A stretch of 64,000 nucleotides of DNA from an uncultured cyanobacterium (GTDB lineage Bacteria; Cyanobacteriota; Cyanobacteriia; Cyanobacteriales; CAWUOF01). Location: assembly GCA_963744145.1 (NCBI GenBank), contig CAVUSO010000001.1, positions 1,408,001 through 1,472,000 on the forward strand, in the 5' to 3' direction. Each line of letters opens with the position of its first letter. Position 1 is the first letter of the stretch. Under the pieces are notes generated by a model. It did no database searches and had not been told where the DNA came from. It worked only from the letters and a program-made list of their open reading frames with translations. The translations under genes and the position numbers were made by a program. Below, one piece after another: positions 38,557 to 48,870 of the stretch.

Positions 38557-39774
38557 TTAAATACTTCTCAGGGCAACAATGGGATCTAGTTTAGCAGCTT
38601 GACGTGCAGGAACAACTCCAAAAAATAAGCCAATTCCACCAGAAATTCCGACCGCGATCGCGATCGCAATGGGGGAAACTCCAGCTTTTAAAGGAGAAAA
38701 TACAGCGATCAATCCGATCCCACTAATACCACATAAAGTGCCGACTAATCCCCCAGCAGCAGATAAAATTACCGCTTCGATCATAAATTGAATCAAAATC
38801 TCTTGTTCCGATGCACCGATCGCTTTTCTTAAGCCAATTTCTTGAGTTCTTTCCGTTACAGAAACGAGCATAATATTCATAATCCCAATTCCTCCAACTA
38901 ACAGAGAAATTCCCGCAGTTGCAGCTAACATTATGGTTAATCCACCCGTAATTGTACCGACAATGTTTAAAATATCTTTCTGGGTGCTCACCGTGAAATC
39001 ATCGACGGTACTAATTTTATGTCTCAAGCGGATTAAATTAGTAATTTGAAACTCTGCTGCTTGAATACTAGCTTCATCTCGAGCTGAGATCGAAATAAAA
39101 GAAACTTGAATTCCGAATAAAGAACTTCTCCCGATTAAACGATTAGACATAGTAGAAATTGGAATATACCCAGCATCATCCTGATTATTTCCGAGGAAAG
39201 TACCTTTAGCTTTCATCAATCCAATCACTTCAAAAGATACATTTTTAATTCTCACTAACTGACCAATTGGATCTTGACCAACAAATAATTTTTCTGCTAA
39301 TTCCGGACCGAGAACTAAGACCCGATTATTACGTTTAACATCCTCATCAGTAAAAAACCTTCCCTTCGCTAAATCAAAGCTACGGACAGATAAAAAAGAT
39401 GCAGTTGTCCCGACAGTTAAGCTTTGCGAGTTCCGATTGCGGTAGGTAAATAATTGTTGATTTTGGAGTTGAGCAGCTACACTTTTGACTGAAGGTACTT
39501 GAGATGCGATCGCTTCAGCATCTTCTAAAATCAAAGTCTTCGGTAAATCAAAGCTAGTTCTTCTTGCTTCTCTAGTACCAGGAACCACAAATAATAGATT
39601 TGGTCCGAGTGATTCAAATTGTTCAGCTGCGAGTTTTTGCGCTCCTTGACCAATTCCAATCATCGCAATGACCGAAGCATTACCAATAATCATTCCTAAC
39701 ATAGTTAAACTACTCCGTAGTCGATTAGCGACTAGAGTTGTCACTGCCATTTTAATACTTTCGGTTAAATCCAT
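38557..39774 (-). CDS. MacB/FtsX-family ABC transporter permease
   Basis: NRLRSSLTMLGMIIG, VGGIGIMNIMLVSVTERTQEIGLRKAIGA, PARQAAKLDPIVALR. Confidence 0.93.
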   Translation of the reverse strand: MDLTESIKMAVTTLVANRLRSSLTMLGMIIGNASVIAMIGIGQGAQKLAAEQFESLGPNLLFVVPGTREARRTSFDLPKTLILEDAEAIASQVPSVKSVAAQLQNQQLFTYRNRNSQSLTVGTTASFLSVRSFDLAKGRFFTDEDVKRNNRVLVLGPELAEKLFVGQDPIGQLVRIKNVSFEVIGLMKAKGTFLGNNQDDAGYIPISTMSNRLIGRSSLFGIQVSFISISARDEASIQAAEFQITNLIRLRHKISTVDDFTVSTQKDILNIVGTITGGLTIMLAATAGISLLVGGIGIMNIMLVSVTERTQEIGLRKAIGASEQEILIQFMIEAVILSAAGGLVGTLCGISGIGLIAVFSPLKAGVSPIAIAIAVGISGGIGLFFGVVPARQAAKLDPIVALRSI

Positions 39775-39784
39775 ATCTACTCAA

Positions 39785-41278
39785 TTACTTTTTCTGATCT
39801 TCTGGTTGTTGATCTTTAGGTAAATCGACAAATACTCTGTCACCAGCTTGAATACCCTTGATAATCTGAATCTCGTTACCCAAACTTATCCCCGTTGTAA
39901 TTGGTCGAAATTCAGCTTGATTATTTTCATCGGGAACCAATACACCAGATTGACCATTTTTAGTGACGATCGCGACGGTGGGTATAACTAAAGCATTGTC
40001 AAGTTTTTGTCCTAAAAAAGTTAAATCTACATTCATCCCAGATAATAACTCGATCTGACCCTGAGCAAGAGCGATGCGGACTTCAAATGAAGTGACATTT
40101 TCTTGCTTAACTGCTTCCGGAGCAATTAAGCGCACATTACCTTTAAAAATGCGATCGGGATAAGCATCAGCATGAATTTCGACGGATTGTCCCAATTTAA
40201 TTTGGCTAATATCTACTTCTGGAACATCTGCTAAAATTTCTAGTTCTGTGCTAGCAAGTGTCACTATGGATGTGGAAGTTGCAGAAGAACTAGCGGAAGC
40301 GGAAGTCGTAGGAGTCACAAAAGCTCCTTCCGTCGCATATTTTTGAGTAATAATTCCAGCAAAAGGAGCTTTCACTAAAGTATCTTCCTTTTGTGCTTCT
40401 ACCGCACGTAAACGTCCCACAGCTTCTGCTACATCAGCTTGAGTTTGAGTAATCACCTCTGGTCTTGTACCGACTTGTAATAATTCTAAGGATTTTTTTG
40501 CTTCTGCTAATTCAGCTTCACCACGTTGAATTTCTTCAGGACGAGAACCATTCTGGACTTGCTCTAGTTTTTGTTTTAGTTCCCTCACTGCTGCTTTTGC
40601 TTGTTCTAAAGCAGAGGAACGACTACGCTGTTCATTTAATACACCATCAAGACTATCACTAGAAATAGCGCCTTCTGTGGCTAATTGTCGGTTACGAATT
40701 ACTCGTTGAGTTGCTAAATCTAGCCAAGATTGAGCATCTTTTACTTTTGCTTCGGCTTGGGCTAAACTAGATTTAGCTTGAGCAACTTCTTCCGGACGAC
40801 TACCTACTCTTAATAGGTCTAAACTAGCTTGAGCTTGATCTAACTTCGCTTGAGCTTGGGCAATTTCTTGGGGTCGATTACCAGCTTTAAGTTCATCTAG
40901 ATGAGCTTTAGTCCGATCTAAGTTAGCTTGAGCTTGAATTAATTGTGCATCTACATCGTCGCTATCCATGCGGGCAATTATTTGTCCTTGGGTCACGCGA
41001 TCGCCCTGTTCCACTAATAATTTAGCGACTCTACCTGATGTTTTTGGACTTAGGTTAACTGTTTGGACTGGTCTGACTGTCCCACTAGCTGTAATTCGCA
41101 CGGTGACAGTTTTTGCTTTTACTGGAACTGTCAGAGTATTAATGTCAGTTTTTGGAGCTGAATTGCGGATCACCAGATAAACTGTGATGCTAGTACCAAT
41201 TAATCCAACTCCTAATAATCCAATTAACCAGGGAGTAAATTTTCTGTCTATTTTTGTACCAAGCAGGGAGATGTGCAT
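39785..41278 (-). CDS. Efflux periplasmic adaptor subunit (MacA/HlyD family)
   Basis: N-terminal TM, SPKTSGRVAKLLVEQGDRV, repeated G-RPEEI-QA hairpin, VKAPFAGII, GMNVD. Confidence 0.92.
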   Translation of the reverse strand: MHISLLGTKIDRKFTPWLIGLLGVGLIGTSITVYLVIRNSAPKTDINTLTVPVKAKTVTVRITASGTVRPVQTVNLSPKTSGRVAKLLVEQGDRVTQGQIIARMDSDDVDAQLIQAQANLDRTKAHLDELKAGNRPQEIAQAQAKLDQAQASLDLLRVGSRPEEVAQAKSSLAQAEAKVKDAQSWLDLATQRVIRNRQLATEGAISSDSLDGVLNEQRSRSSALEQAKAAVRELKQKLEQVQNGSRPEEIQRGEAELAEAKKSLELLQVGTRPEVITQTQADVAEAVGRLRAVEAQKEDTLVKAPFAGIITQKYATEGAFVTPTTSASASSSATSTSIVTLASTELEILADVPEVDISQIKLGQSVEIHADAYPDRIFKGNVRLIAPEAVKQENVTSFEVRIALAQGQIELLSGMNVDLTFLGQKLDNALVIPTVAIVTKNGQSGVLVPDENNQAEFRPITTGISLGNEIQIIKGIQAGDRVFVDLPKDQQPEDQKK

Positions 41279-41492
41279 ATAATATATGTGTTACTAAGGT
41301 TTATCAAAATCTTGTTCGTAGTAGGGACTTCAGTCCCATAATCTCCAGCATCAGACAGAAGATCCCCTGACTAAGAACAGACATTTTTAATTTTTGCTTT
41401 CTTGGTCATCACATCCAGAATTCTTGGTATCCACTACCCTAACTAGACAAACACCACCTGTTACCCGGATCAATAACTTGTCAAACTACCAA

Positions 41493-41565
41493 CGAGCATG
41501 GAGGGATTCGAACCCCCGACCCTTAGAACCGGAATCTAATGCTCTATCCACTGAGCTACATGCCC
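41493..41565 (-). tRNA. trnR-CCG: tRNA-Arg(CCG)
   Basis: GGGCATGTAGCTCAGTGGATAGAGCATTAGATTCCGGTTCTAAGGGTCGGGGGTTCGAATCCCTCCATGCTCG; cloverleaf, anticodon CCG, no encoded CCA. Confidence 0.97.
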
Positions 41566-41942
41566 TCATATTTTTCTACTATAACACAATCGTCACAATT
41601 TGCCAAATCCAAAGCAGAAATTTTCCTGATCCATGATCTTTATTTTTAATCCCCCTTTAAAATTTGAACGCGATAGTTCTTCCTTATCAACTTCATTATA
41701 TCATAAAACCAAAGACCTGTCTAGAGGTCTCCCCCATTTAGTCAAACCCGAATGTATATTATGCTATTGAATAGGAGATGGGAGGAAAATTCGTTTGAGG
41801 CTAGATCAAGTATGATCATATATTAATCGGTGCAAATCTAATTGATCAATGCGATCGAAAATTTATCAGTAACTAATTGACAGGGGTGCAGTTATCTGCT
41901 AGGGCAATTCCAAAACGTCTAAAGTAAATTAAATTAAATTGA

Positions 41943-43313
41943 ATGGAAGCAAAAATTATCCTCACTATTATCGAAGGTGAGTTAATGGGACAAGAATTTA
42001 TATTTGAAGACCGTAATACAAGTGTAATCGGTCGTGCTAAGGATTGTTATCCCCACATCCCTGATAACGATACCCATCGCATTATTTCTCGTTATCATTG
42101 CTTATTGGATATCAATCCTCCAGATATTCGGGTCCGAGATTTAGGAAGTAAAAACGGTACTTATGTAAACGGGCAAAAAATCAGTAAACCGACCGTCACT
42201 CAAACGGAGGAAGGAGATCCTCTATATAATTTTCCTGAACAGGATTTACAAGCAGGAGATGAGGTGAAACTAGGTAAAAATATATTTAGAGTATATGTAG
42301 AAGTAATTAGAGAAGAAGATGAAACCCTGAATGTGGGTGGAGGAGGGTTTTATCCACCAACTCTGTCAGCACATAAACCCAATATGTTGGATTTAGCTAA
42401 TCGATTAATCCAACAAGCAAACACAGGACAAAAGAACCTCCAAGCAATTCGCGATCATCAGATTGTTAAATTATTAGGAAAAGGTAGATATGGAGAAGTT
42501 TATTTAACCGTAAATCAGCACACTGGTGCGGAAGTAGCATTAAAAATTATGCTCCCAGAAGTTTTAGCTAATCAAAGAGCGATCGGGAGGTTTGAGTTTG
42601 ATATTGAAAATGCCAAAGCATTGCAACATCAGCATATAGTCAAATTACTAGATTATGGTTATTGGTACGGCACCTTCTTTTTTACCACCGAATATTGTGC
42701 AGGAGGTAGTATAATTGATTTAATGGCACAAAAGGGAGGAAAATTATCGATTCCCGAAGCAGTAGGAATTATTTTACCAGTTTTAGATGGGTTAGAATAT
42801 GCCCACAATGCGGAAATTCCTTATGTAAAAAATGCGAATGGTAGTTTTAGTCAGGGGAAAGGATTAGTACATCGAAACTTAAGACCAAGTAATATTTTGA
42901 TTAGTCACATAGATCAACAACAAGTTGTCAAAATTGCCAATTATGGATTAACCAAGTCCTTTGATTTAGCGGGATTAAGTGGTCAAACCATGAGTGGTCT
43001 TAAAGTAGAGATACCCGATTTTATTCCCCGACAACAGATCATTAACTTTCAATATGCTAAACCAGAAGTAGATGTTTGGGCAGCAGCGGCAATTTTTTAT
43101 TTCATGTTAACAGGATGTTTACCGCGTGAGTTTAAAGCTGGAGAAGATCCATTTTTAAACGTATTACAAAATCGAGCAGTACCAATCCATCAACGTGATC
43201 CTGCTATTCCTACCCAGTTAGCAAAATTAATGGATCTAGCTTTAATAGATTCACCAGAAATTCGGTTTAAAAATGCACGAGACTTCAAGCGATCGCTAGA
43301 GAGCGTCATCTAA
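41943..43313 (+). CDS. FHA domain + Ser/Thr kinase-fold protein (probable pseudokinase)
   Basis: FHA IGR...ISRYH...DLGSKNGTYVNG; kinase GKGRYGEV, VALK, but HRNLRPSN and IANYG in place of HRD and DFG/DYG. Confidence 0.9.
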   Translation: MEAKIILTIIEGELMGQEFIFEDRNTSVIGRAKDCYPHIPDNDTHRIISRYHCLLDINPPDIRVRDLGSKNGTYVNGQKISKPTVTQTEEGDPLYNFPEQDLQAGDEVKLGKNIFRVYVEVIREEDETLNVGGGGFYPPTLSAHKPNMLDLANRLIQQANTGQKNLQAIRDHQIVKLLGKGRYGEVYLTVNQHTGAEVALKIMLPEVLANQRAIGRFEFDIENAKALQHQHIVKLLDYGYWYGTFFFTTEYCAGGSIIDLMAQKGGKLSIPEAVGIILPVLDGLEYAHNAEIPYVKNANGSFSQGKGLVHRNLRPSNILISHIDQQQVVKIANYGLTKSFDLAGLSGQTMSGLKVEIPDFIPRQQIINFQYAKPEVDVWAAAAIFYFMLTGCLPREFKAGEDPFLNVLQNRAVPIHQRDPAIPTQLAKLMDLALIDSPEIRFKNARDFKRSLESVI

Positions 43314-43408
43314 ATCAAGTCCAAGGGAATTCATCGAAAATCAGACATGGGAATCAATGCACCAAAAGGATTAAAATAAACCTAATCTTCGCTTTACAAC
43401 TGTAACAG

Positions 43409-43912
43409 ATGTCAGCCACAGTTATCCTCACCGTCATCTCTGGTAGCCTGAAAGGGCTAGAATTTGAATTTAGTGATCACATTACCTTCATAATTGGTCG
43501 TGGGAAAGACTGCTATATCAGACTACCAGATGACGAAATCCATCTTAACATTTCCCGTCATCACTGTCTTTTTAATATCAACCCACCCCTGATCTGGGTC
43601 AGAGATTTAGGTAGTAAAAACGGTACTTATGTAAACGGGCAAAAAATCGGGCAACGACGGTCACACCAAAGCTTAGATTATGGTCTAGAAATGAATTTAC
43701 CAGAGTACAATCTAACTAATGGGGATGAAATTGCGATCGGACAGGTAATCTTCCGAGTGAGTATTTCCCTCGACAATAGTAATTTGAACTTACCCATGAT
43801 TGAAGGTTATACCTTACTCAGAGAATTAGGAAAAGAAGGAAACAAAATAGTTTACTTAGCTAACAATCATATAACTGGACAATTAGTAGCCTTAACGGTC
43901 AGGCTACCATAA
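43409..43912 (+). CDS. FHA protein with a truncated kinase N-lobe (partial paralogue of the upstream gene)
   Basis: Same FHA; shares a near-identical ~47-nt stretch; ends just after GYTLLRELGKEG...GQLVAL. Confidence 0.8.
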   Translation: MSATVILTVISGSLKGLEFEFSDHITFIIGRGKDCYIRLPDDEIHLNISRHHCLFNINPPLIWVRDLGSKNGTYVNGQKIGQRRSHQSLDYGLEMNLPEYNLTNGDEIAIGQVIFRVSISLDNSNLNLPMIEGYTLLRELGKEGNKIVYLANNHITGQLVALTVRLP

Positions 43913-43928
43913 ACAAAGATCAGATTGA

Positions 43929-45425
43929 CTAAATCTGGAATAAATCCATGATTTTCTGAGGAGCGGGTAACAGAATCATCACTAACAAAAAGAGTGCTGC
44001 TAACCCCCAGAAATCGCGATGATTATCAAGGTCACTGACATCATTAAGAGCAGGTTCATCAACAATAGGCATTAAAAATAAGAAAATCGCCCAAACAAAC
44101 AACCCAGTATGTTGAGACAACTGACTAATAGCTAAGATTAACAACAAAAAGCGAGAAACTTGACCAATCATTGCACCAGATAAACGTCCAAACATAGCAT
44201 GAACAATGTGACCACCATCTAATTGACCAACGGGCATCAAATTTAGAGCTGTGACAATCAAACCCAAATATCCTGCAACTGCAACGGGATGAAGGTTAAT
44301 TGCGGATTTAGCAGTGAGAACATTACCCAGAGATAACTTACTAAGTAAAGTTAATAATAGAGAAAATCTGGGATTGAGGGAATTAAAATTTAACAAATGA
44401 GAGGAAGAGGATAAATCGACTACATGGGAATGAGCTAAACCCCAGATTAAGAGGGGGAAAGTAATTACTAATCCAGCCGCAGGTCCAGCAATACTAACAT
44501 CAAACAAAGCTTTGCGATTGGGAATGGGACTGCGAATAGAAATGAAAGCGCCAAAAGTACCTAAAAAAGCCGGAACGGGAATAAAATAAGGAAGAGTAGT
44601 GCGAATTTTATAGAATCTAGCCATCAGATAATGACCTAATTCGTGAATTCCTAAAATCGCGATCAATCCGCAAGCATAGGGAATACCTTTGAGCAACAAA
44701 ACCGGATTAGCTTGGATTGCTTGGGGAGAAATACCACTCAGATTAGTGCCAACTATAGTGGTAGTTAAGAAAGTGAAAAATAGCAGAGCCAGAGCAAGTT
44801 TAGGACGAGTTAAAGATTGAGAATTAGTATTTTTTAAAGCATTAGGCACAATAATAAAAAAAGGTTTACCATTGAGACCTTCTTCAAAAATTACCAAAAA
44901 GCGATCGGCAAACCTAGCTTCAATATTTTCCCGGATAGTTTGATACGCTACTCCTGGTTCAGAACGTAACTGTCCCCGACAAATAATTGCTTGAGGACGA
45001 TACTCAATACTTTGGATCGAATAAATAGACCAAGAAAAACAATTTTTTAAATCAGCTTCTTCAGTTAAATTGATCGGACGTAAAGGAGTAGGTTCGGGTG
45101 CTGTTTTCATCTGTGATCCAGATTGCTCGGGTTGATTCTGACTATTGGGATCAGCAACAGTAGTCTTCAGATTTTTTTGTCCCAAGTGAACCAACCAACC
45201 ATAGACAAACGGACAGCTTAGACATAACGCAATTAAAACACCTACAGGAATCGGTTTTTTTTCACCATAGATCACAATCCAACTTACCCAACTAAAAGCT
45301 GGAATCATCATCACTAACCACAAAAGCCAAACAGGCGTGCGAGTGAGATGAGCCACACTGCGTTGCACGATGGAATAAGTCATCAATCCCAAGAGGATTA
45401 AAAGTAACCACAATTCAAAAGTCAT
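43929..45425 (-). CDS. Site-2 protease (M50) family protein
   Basis: HELGH, GTFGAFI, IAGP, NLMPVGQLDGGH; multiple TM helices. Confidence 0.93.
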   Translation of the reverse strand: MTFELWLLLILLGLMTYSIVQRSVAHLTRTPVWLLWLVMMIPAFSWVSWIVIYGEKKPIPVGVLIALCLSCPFVYGWLVHLGQKNLKTTVADPNSQNQPEQSGSQMKTAPEPTPLRPINLTEEADLKNCFSWSIYSIQSIEYRPQAIICRGQLRSEPGVAYQTIRENIEARFADRFLVIFEEGLNGKPFFIIVPNALKNTNSQSLTRPKLALALLFFTFLTTTIVGTNLSGISPQAIQANPVLLLKGIPYACGLIAILGIHELGHYLMARFYKIRTTLPYFIPVPAFLGTFGAFISIRSPIPNRKALFDVSIAGPAAGLVITFPLLIWGLAHSHVVDLSSSSHLLNFNSLNPRFSLLLTLLSKLSLGNVLTAKSAINLHPVAVAGYLGLIVTALNLMPVGQLDGGHIVHAMFGRLSGAMIGQVSRFLLLILAISQLSQHTGLFVWAIFLFLMPIVDEPALNDVSDLDNHRDFWGLAALFLLVMILLPAPQKIMDLFQI

Positions 45426-45511
45426 ATCTATTCCTCTACGGACGATTTTTTTTGCTAAATTGAGCAGACAGGATTTAAGATCCCTATTAGAGAATTAAAC
45501 ACAGCAACGCA

Positions 45512-46237
45512 GTGCCACCGGAAGATCCAGAACACCTTTTTCCCATCTCTGAACCCAATTTTAGGTCAGAGCAATTGACTACGACCAAACTACCTCGGTT
45601 AGTCTTAGAGGGAATTTTTGCCTTTCCACCCAACCGAGATACATTGGGAGGAACAGCTTATCTCATTCTAGAAAACTCTGCCAATATCCTGATCGATAGT
45701 CCAACTTGGGGGGAAATTAACCAACGATTTCTCCAAGAGCAGGGAGGTATCCAGTGGTTGTTTATTACACATCGGGGCAACATTGGTAAAGCGAGAGAGA
45801 TTCAAGCAACATTTGGGTGCGAAATTGTCATTCAGGAACAAGAAGCTTATTTGTTACCAGGATTAAAGGTAACGTCTTTTGGCACTGAGTTTAATTTTAG
45901 TCCTCAGTCTACCGCAATTTGGACTCCCGGTCATTCTCCTGGATCTTCATGTTTGTATAATCAACGTTGGGGTGGAGTATTATTTTCGGGACGGCACTTG
46001 TTACCCAATCAACAAGGAGAACCAGTCCCATTACGAACCACCAAGACTTTTCATTGGCCCCGACAAATTCGCAGTGTCCAAGCTTTACGCGATCGCTTTC
46101 GGGCCGAAACTCTCGCATTTATTTGTCCAGGGGCAAATACAGATTTTTTCCGCAACAAATTATATATTGAACGAGCCTATCAGGGGATCAGCAAATTGGA
46201 CTTAAATGCTTACTTGCAAATCAAGGCTATACTTTGA
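45512..46237 (+). CDS. MBL-fold metallo-hydrolase (cyanobacterial type)
   Basis: FPPNRDTLGGTAY, LFITHRG, WTPGHSPGSSC; exact start uncertain. Confidence 0.85.
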   Translation: MPPEDPEHLFPISEPNFRSEQLTTTKLPRLVLEGIFAFPPNRDTLGGTAYLILENSANILIDSPTWGEINQRFLQEQGGIQWLFITHRGNIGKAREIQATFGCEIVIQEQEAYLLPGLKVTSFGTEFNFSPQSTAIWTPGHSPGSSCLYNQRWGGVLFSGRHLLPNQQGEPVPLRTTKTFHWPRQIRSVQALRDRFRAETLAFICPGANTDFFRNKLYIERAYQGISKLDLNAYLQIKAIL

Positions 46238-46321
46238 GAAATTAGTAGTCATAGGTGCATCAAAAGCAGATCCTATGACCAAGTACATCATAGGTTAGTG
46301 GTAAACATTAGGTAAACAATC

Positions 46322-46780
46322 ATGGCCAATGGGGTTTTTAAAAATACTGGTGTCGCTGGAGACGACTATGTAGTTTTGGGTTTAGCAACTTGCTTTATTA
46401 AAGAAGAAGGGGAAGTTCACGAAGTCAAAATTGTTGAACCCATCCCTTCTGCTGCTTTAGAAGCGATCGTCAAAGGAATTCCCACTTCTTATCAAATGGG
46501 ATATGGCACAACTTTAGGTGAGGTGATTAAAGGAGATATCTTAGAAATGCCTTCGGAATTTCCTGCTGAGGCTCAGTTTGCGGATGAATTTGTCTATCGA
46601 GCGATCGCGGCTGCTCGCACTTACAAACGACGGGAAATCGCTAAATCTTTTATTCCTTTGGGAACTATTCGGGAAGATTTTAACTATTCGCTGGAACGGA
46701 AACGGATCTTAAATTCACAGCGAATTGTCAAAACAGAAGATAATGTCAAACAGCACGAATATACCCATAAAGTGTTGTAG
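46322..46780 (+). CDS. Conserved cyanobacterial hypothetical protein
   Basis: DDYVVLGLATCF...EPIPSAALE...AAARTY...DNVKQH motifs; typical codon usage. Confidence 0.8.
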   Translation: MANGVFKNTGVAGDDYVVLGLATCFIKEEGEVHEVKIVEPIPSAALEAIVKGIPTSYQMGYGTTLGEVIKGDILEMPSEFPAEAQFADEFVYRAIAAARTYKRREIAKSFIPLGTIREDFNYSLERKRILNSQRIVKTEDNVKQHEYTHKVL

Positions 46781-46935
46781 AAAGGGGGAATAGAGGGTTA
46801 AAAAAAACAGAATTATCAAAAATTCATGATCATGCTATAATTTAATTTAGCTTGACTCAATTCTGCTCAAATAAATCTAATCAACTATCAACCTAAGCTT
46901 CGCTGTTTAGGTAAGTTTAACTATTGGTAATAATA

Positions 46936-48093
46936 ATGGTTATAGGCAAATTAGAGAAAATATCAGTCAAAGGTTTTCGTCGTCTTCAGAATATTGATCT
47001 GGAAATGAGAGAGCTAACTGTAATGATTGGGGCAAACGGAGCAGGAAAAACTTCTTTTTTAGATATTCTTTCAACCCTAGCTGCTTCAGCTAACGGTAAA
47101 CTATCTGAGCGATTACAACTTAAAGGTGGTTTGAACGAAATTTTAACCAGAGGAAAAGCCAAAAAACTGGAAATTACAGTTTCGATGACAGTTCCAGAAC
47201 AACAACCTTTGCAATATAGTTTAACTTTATCTCCTCAAGGGTTATCCTATGAAATCACAGAAGAAACCCTAACACAACAAAGTGATCCGAGTGCGCGTGA
47301 ACCATTCAAATATATTGAATCTTATGGTTTAGATATTAAATATTTTAATCAGGAAACTCGCAAACTTTTGCATCCAGATTGGGAACATAATTATCTGGAA
47401 ACATCACTTTCCCAAGTTCCGAAAATGTATCGTCAACCAGAGAACTTGAGAAAAAGCCTGGCTTCATGTACCTATTATGCAGCACTTGATGTTTCGGAAA
47501 AAAGTTCCATTCGACTACCTCAAGCGATGCGTCCTGCTAAGTTACCTGGTGCAAATGGTGAAGATTTAGTTTCTTGTCTGTTCGAGCTACGAGAGACGGA
47601 TCAAGATAGATTTGAAATGATTGAAAATATTATTAATACCGCATTTCCGGATAGTTTTGAGCGGCTAAATTTTCCTCCAGTTGCTGCCGGAATTCTTTCG
47701 ATGACTTGGAAGGATCAAAACTTTTCTCAACCCATATATATCCATGAACTATCAGAAGGAACATTACGCTTTCTTTGGTTAGCAACTCTTTTGCAAAGTC
47801 AAAGTTTGACCAGAATTACTTTACTAGATGAACCAGAGGTTAGTTTACACCCTGACCTGTTGAGACACTTAGTGTATTTAATGAGAGAAGCAGCAAAATC
47901 CACCCAACTTATAGTCGCAACACATTCAGATCGACTGATTAGATTTCTTGAACCTCGTGAAGTTTTGATTTGCGATTTGGAAGAAGGTGTAGCAAAAATG
48001 ACATGGGCAGATACCCTGGATTTAGATAAATGGTTGGAAGATTACAGTCTTGATCAAGTATGGGCAAAGAATTTAATGGGTGGTTGTCCATGA
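46936..48093 (+). CDS. AAA_21/AAA_15-type ABC ATPase (partner of DUF4276)
   Basis: GFRRL, GANGAGKT, LSEGTLR signature, LLDEPE, ATHS. Confidence 0.9.
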   Translation: MVIGKLEKISVKGFRRLQNIDLEMRELTVMIGANGAGKTSFLDILSTLAASANGKLSERLQLKGGLNEILTRGKAKKLEITVSMTVPEQQPLQYSLTLSPQGLSYEITEETLTQQSDPSAREPFKYIESYGLDIKYFNQETRKLLHPDWEHNYLETSLSQVPKMYRQPENLRKSLASCTYYAALDVSEKSSIRLPQAMRPAKLPGANGEDLVSCLFELRETDQDRFEMIENIINTAFPDSFERLNFPPVAAGILSMTWKDQNFSQPIYIHELSEGTLRFLWLATLLQSQSLTRITLLDEPEVSLHPDLLRHLVYLMREAAKSTQLIVATHSDRLIRFLEPREVLICDLEEGVAKMTWADTLDLDKWLEDYSLDQVWAKNLMGGCP

Positions 48094-48246
48094 AGATTGC
48101 TATTTTAGTAGAAGGAGCTACCGAAATAGCTTTTAAACCATGTCTTGAAAAATAATGAGCTGATAATTGCTATACAAGCTTGTCCAGAGTTAAAAGCTTT
48201 GATCAACACAATTCTTTCTCTAAGTAATGCAACCTTAATTCCTTAG
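48090..48246 (+). pseudogene. DUF4276 (TOPRIM-like) gene with a large internal deletion
   Basis: ATGA overlap; MKIAILVEGATEIAFKP then, in another frame, LKNNELIIAIQACPELKALINTILSL..IP*, i.e. the two ends of a DUF4276 protein. Confidence 0.75.
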
Positions 48247-48453
48247 ACTAAAACTAGCATTAGTTATTTGACTAGCAAGAAATTATCTTGACTAACTCCC
48301 CAAAACATCATAAAAGCGATCGCACTCCACCCCCAAATAAACCCGTAATCTGGCGCGATCGCCAAGTCTAAAAAATGTTCTGGAGTCTAAATGTTTGGGA
48401 ACAAAACCCAAAATCTGTATAATTTTGATTATACTGTCAACTAGGTAAAATCT

Positions 48454-48771
48454 ATGATTGTTACAGAAATTAACAATAAAGAGCAATTTGATCAAAAAGT
48501 CCTAAAAGCCGACAAATCTGTCGTGATGTTTACGGCAAATTGGAATATAAATTGCCGGATTATGAAACCATTTTTCTTGAAACTGTCAGCATCCGAGCCG
48601 ATTCGTTTCTATCTACTTGATATTGACAGAGTACGGAATATACTTTCAGCTACTGAAATCAGCACCATACCTTTGTTTCAATTTTTCCATCAAGGACAAA
48701 AAATATCTCAATTATCAGGAGCTGATCAAAATGAATTGTTAAAATTAATTGCAAAGTTTAAAGATTTATAA
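48454..48771 (+). CDS. Thioredoxin-fold protein with an atypical WNINC active site
   Basis: VVMFTANWNINCRIMKP, LDID, ISTIP-F-FF..GQKI...SGA. Confidence 0.8.
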   Translation: MIVTEINNKEQFDQKVLKADKSVVMFTANWNINCRIMKPFFLKLSASEPIRFYLLDIDRVRNILSATEISTIPLFQFFHQGQKISQLSGADQNELLKLIAKFKDL

Positions 48772-48870
48772 ACGATCAGATCACTGATTTGATCGCTAAA
48801 AAAAGTGAGCGGGCCGGGTCGAATAAATGATTTCCAAAAACCCGCTTGAACTCAATCAACAGGAGAAAAA

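Noticed and set aside
41493..41565. tRNA-Arg as integration site of the 23.8-37.5 kb region
   Set aside because: I found no duplicated tRNA 3' end and no integrase, and transporter genes lie between them.
41394..41636. 80-aa ORF in the track
   Set aside because: It is the antisense reading of the tRNA (WRDSNPRP pattern).
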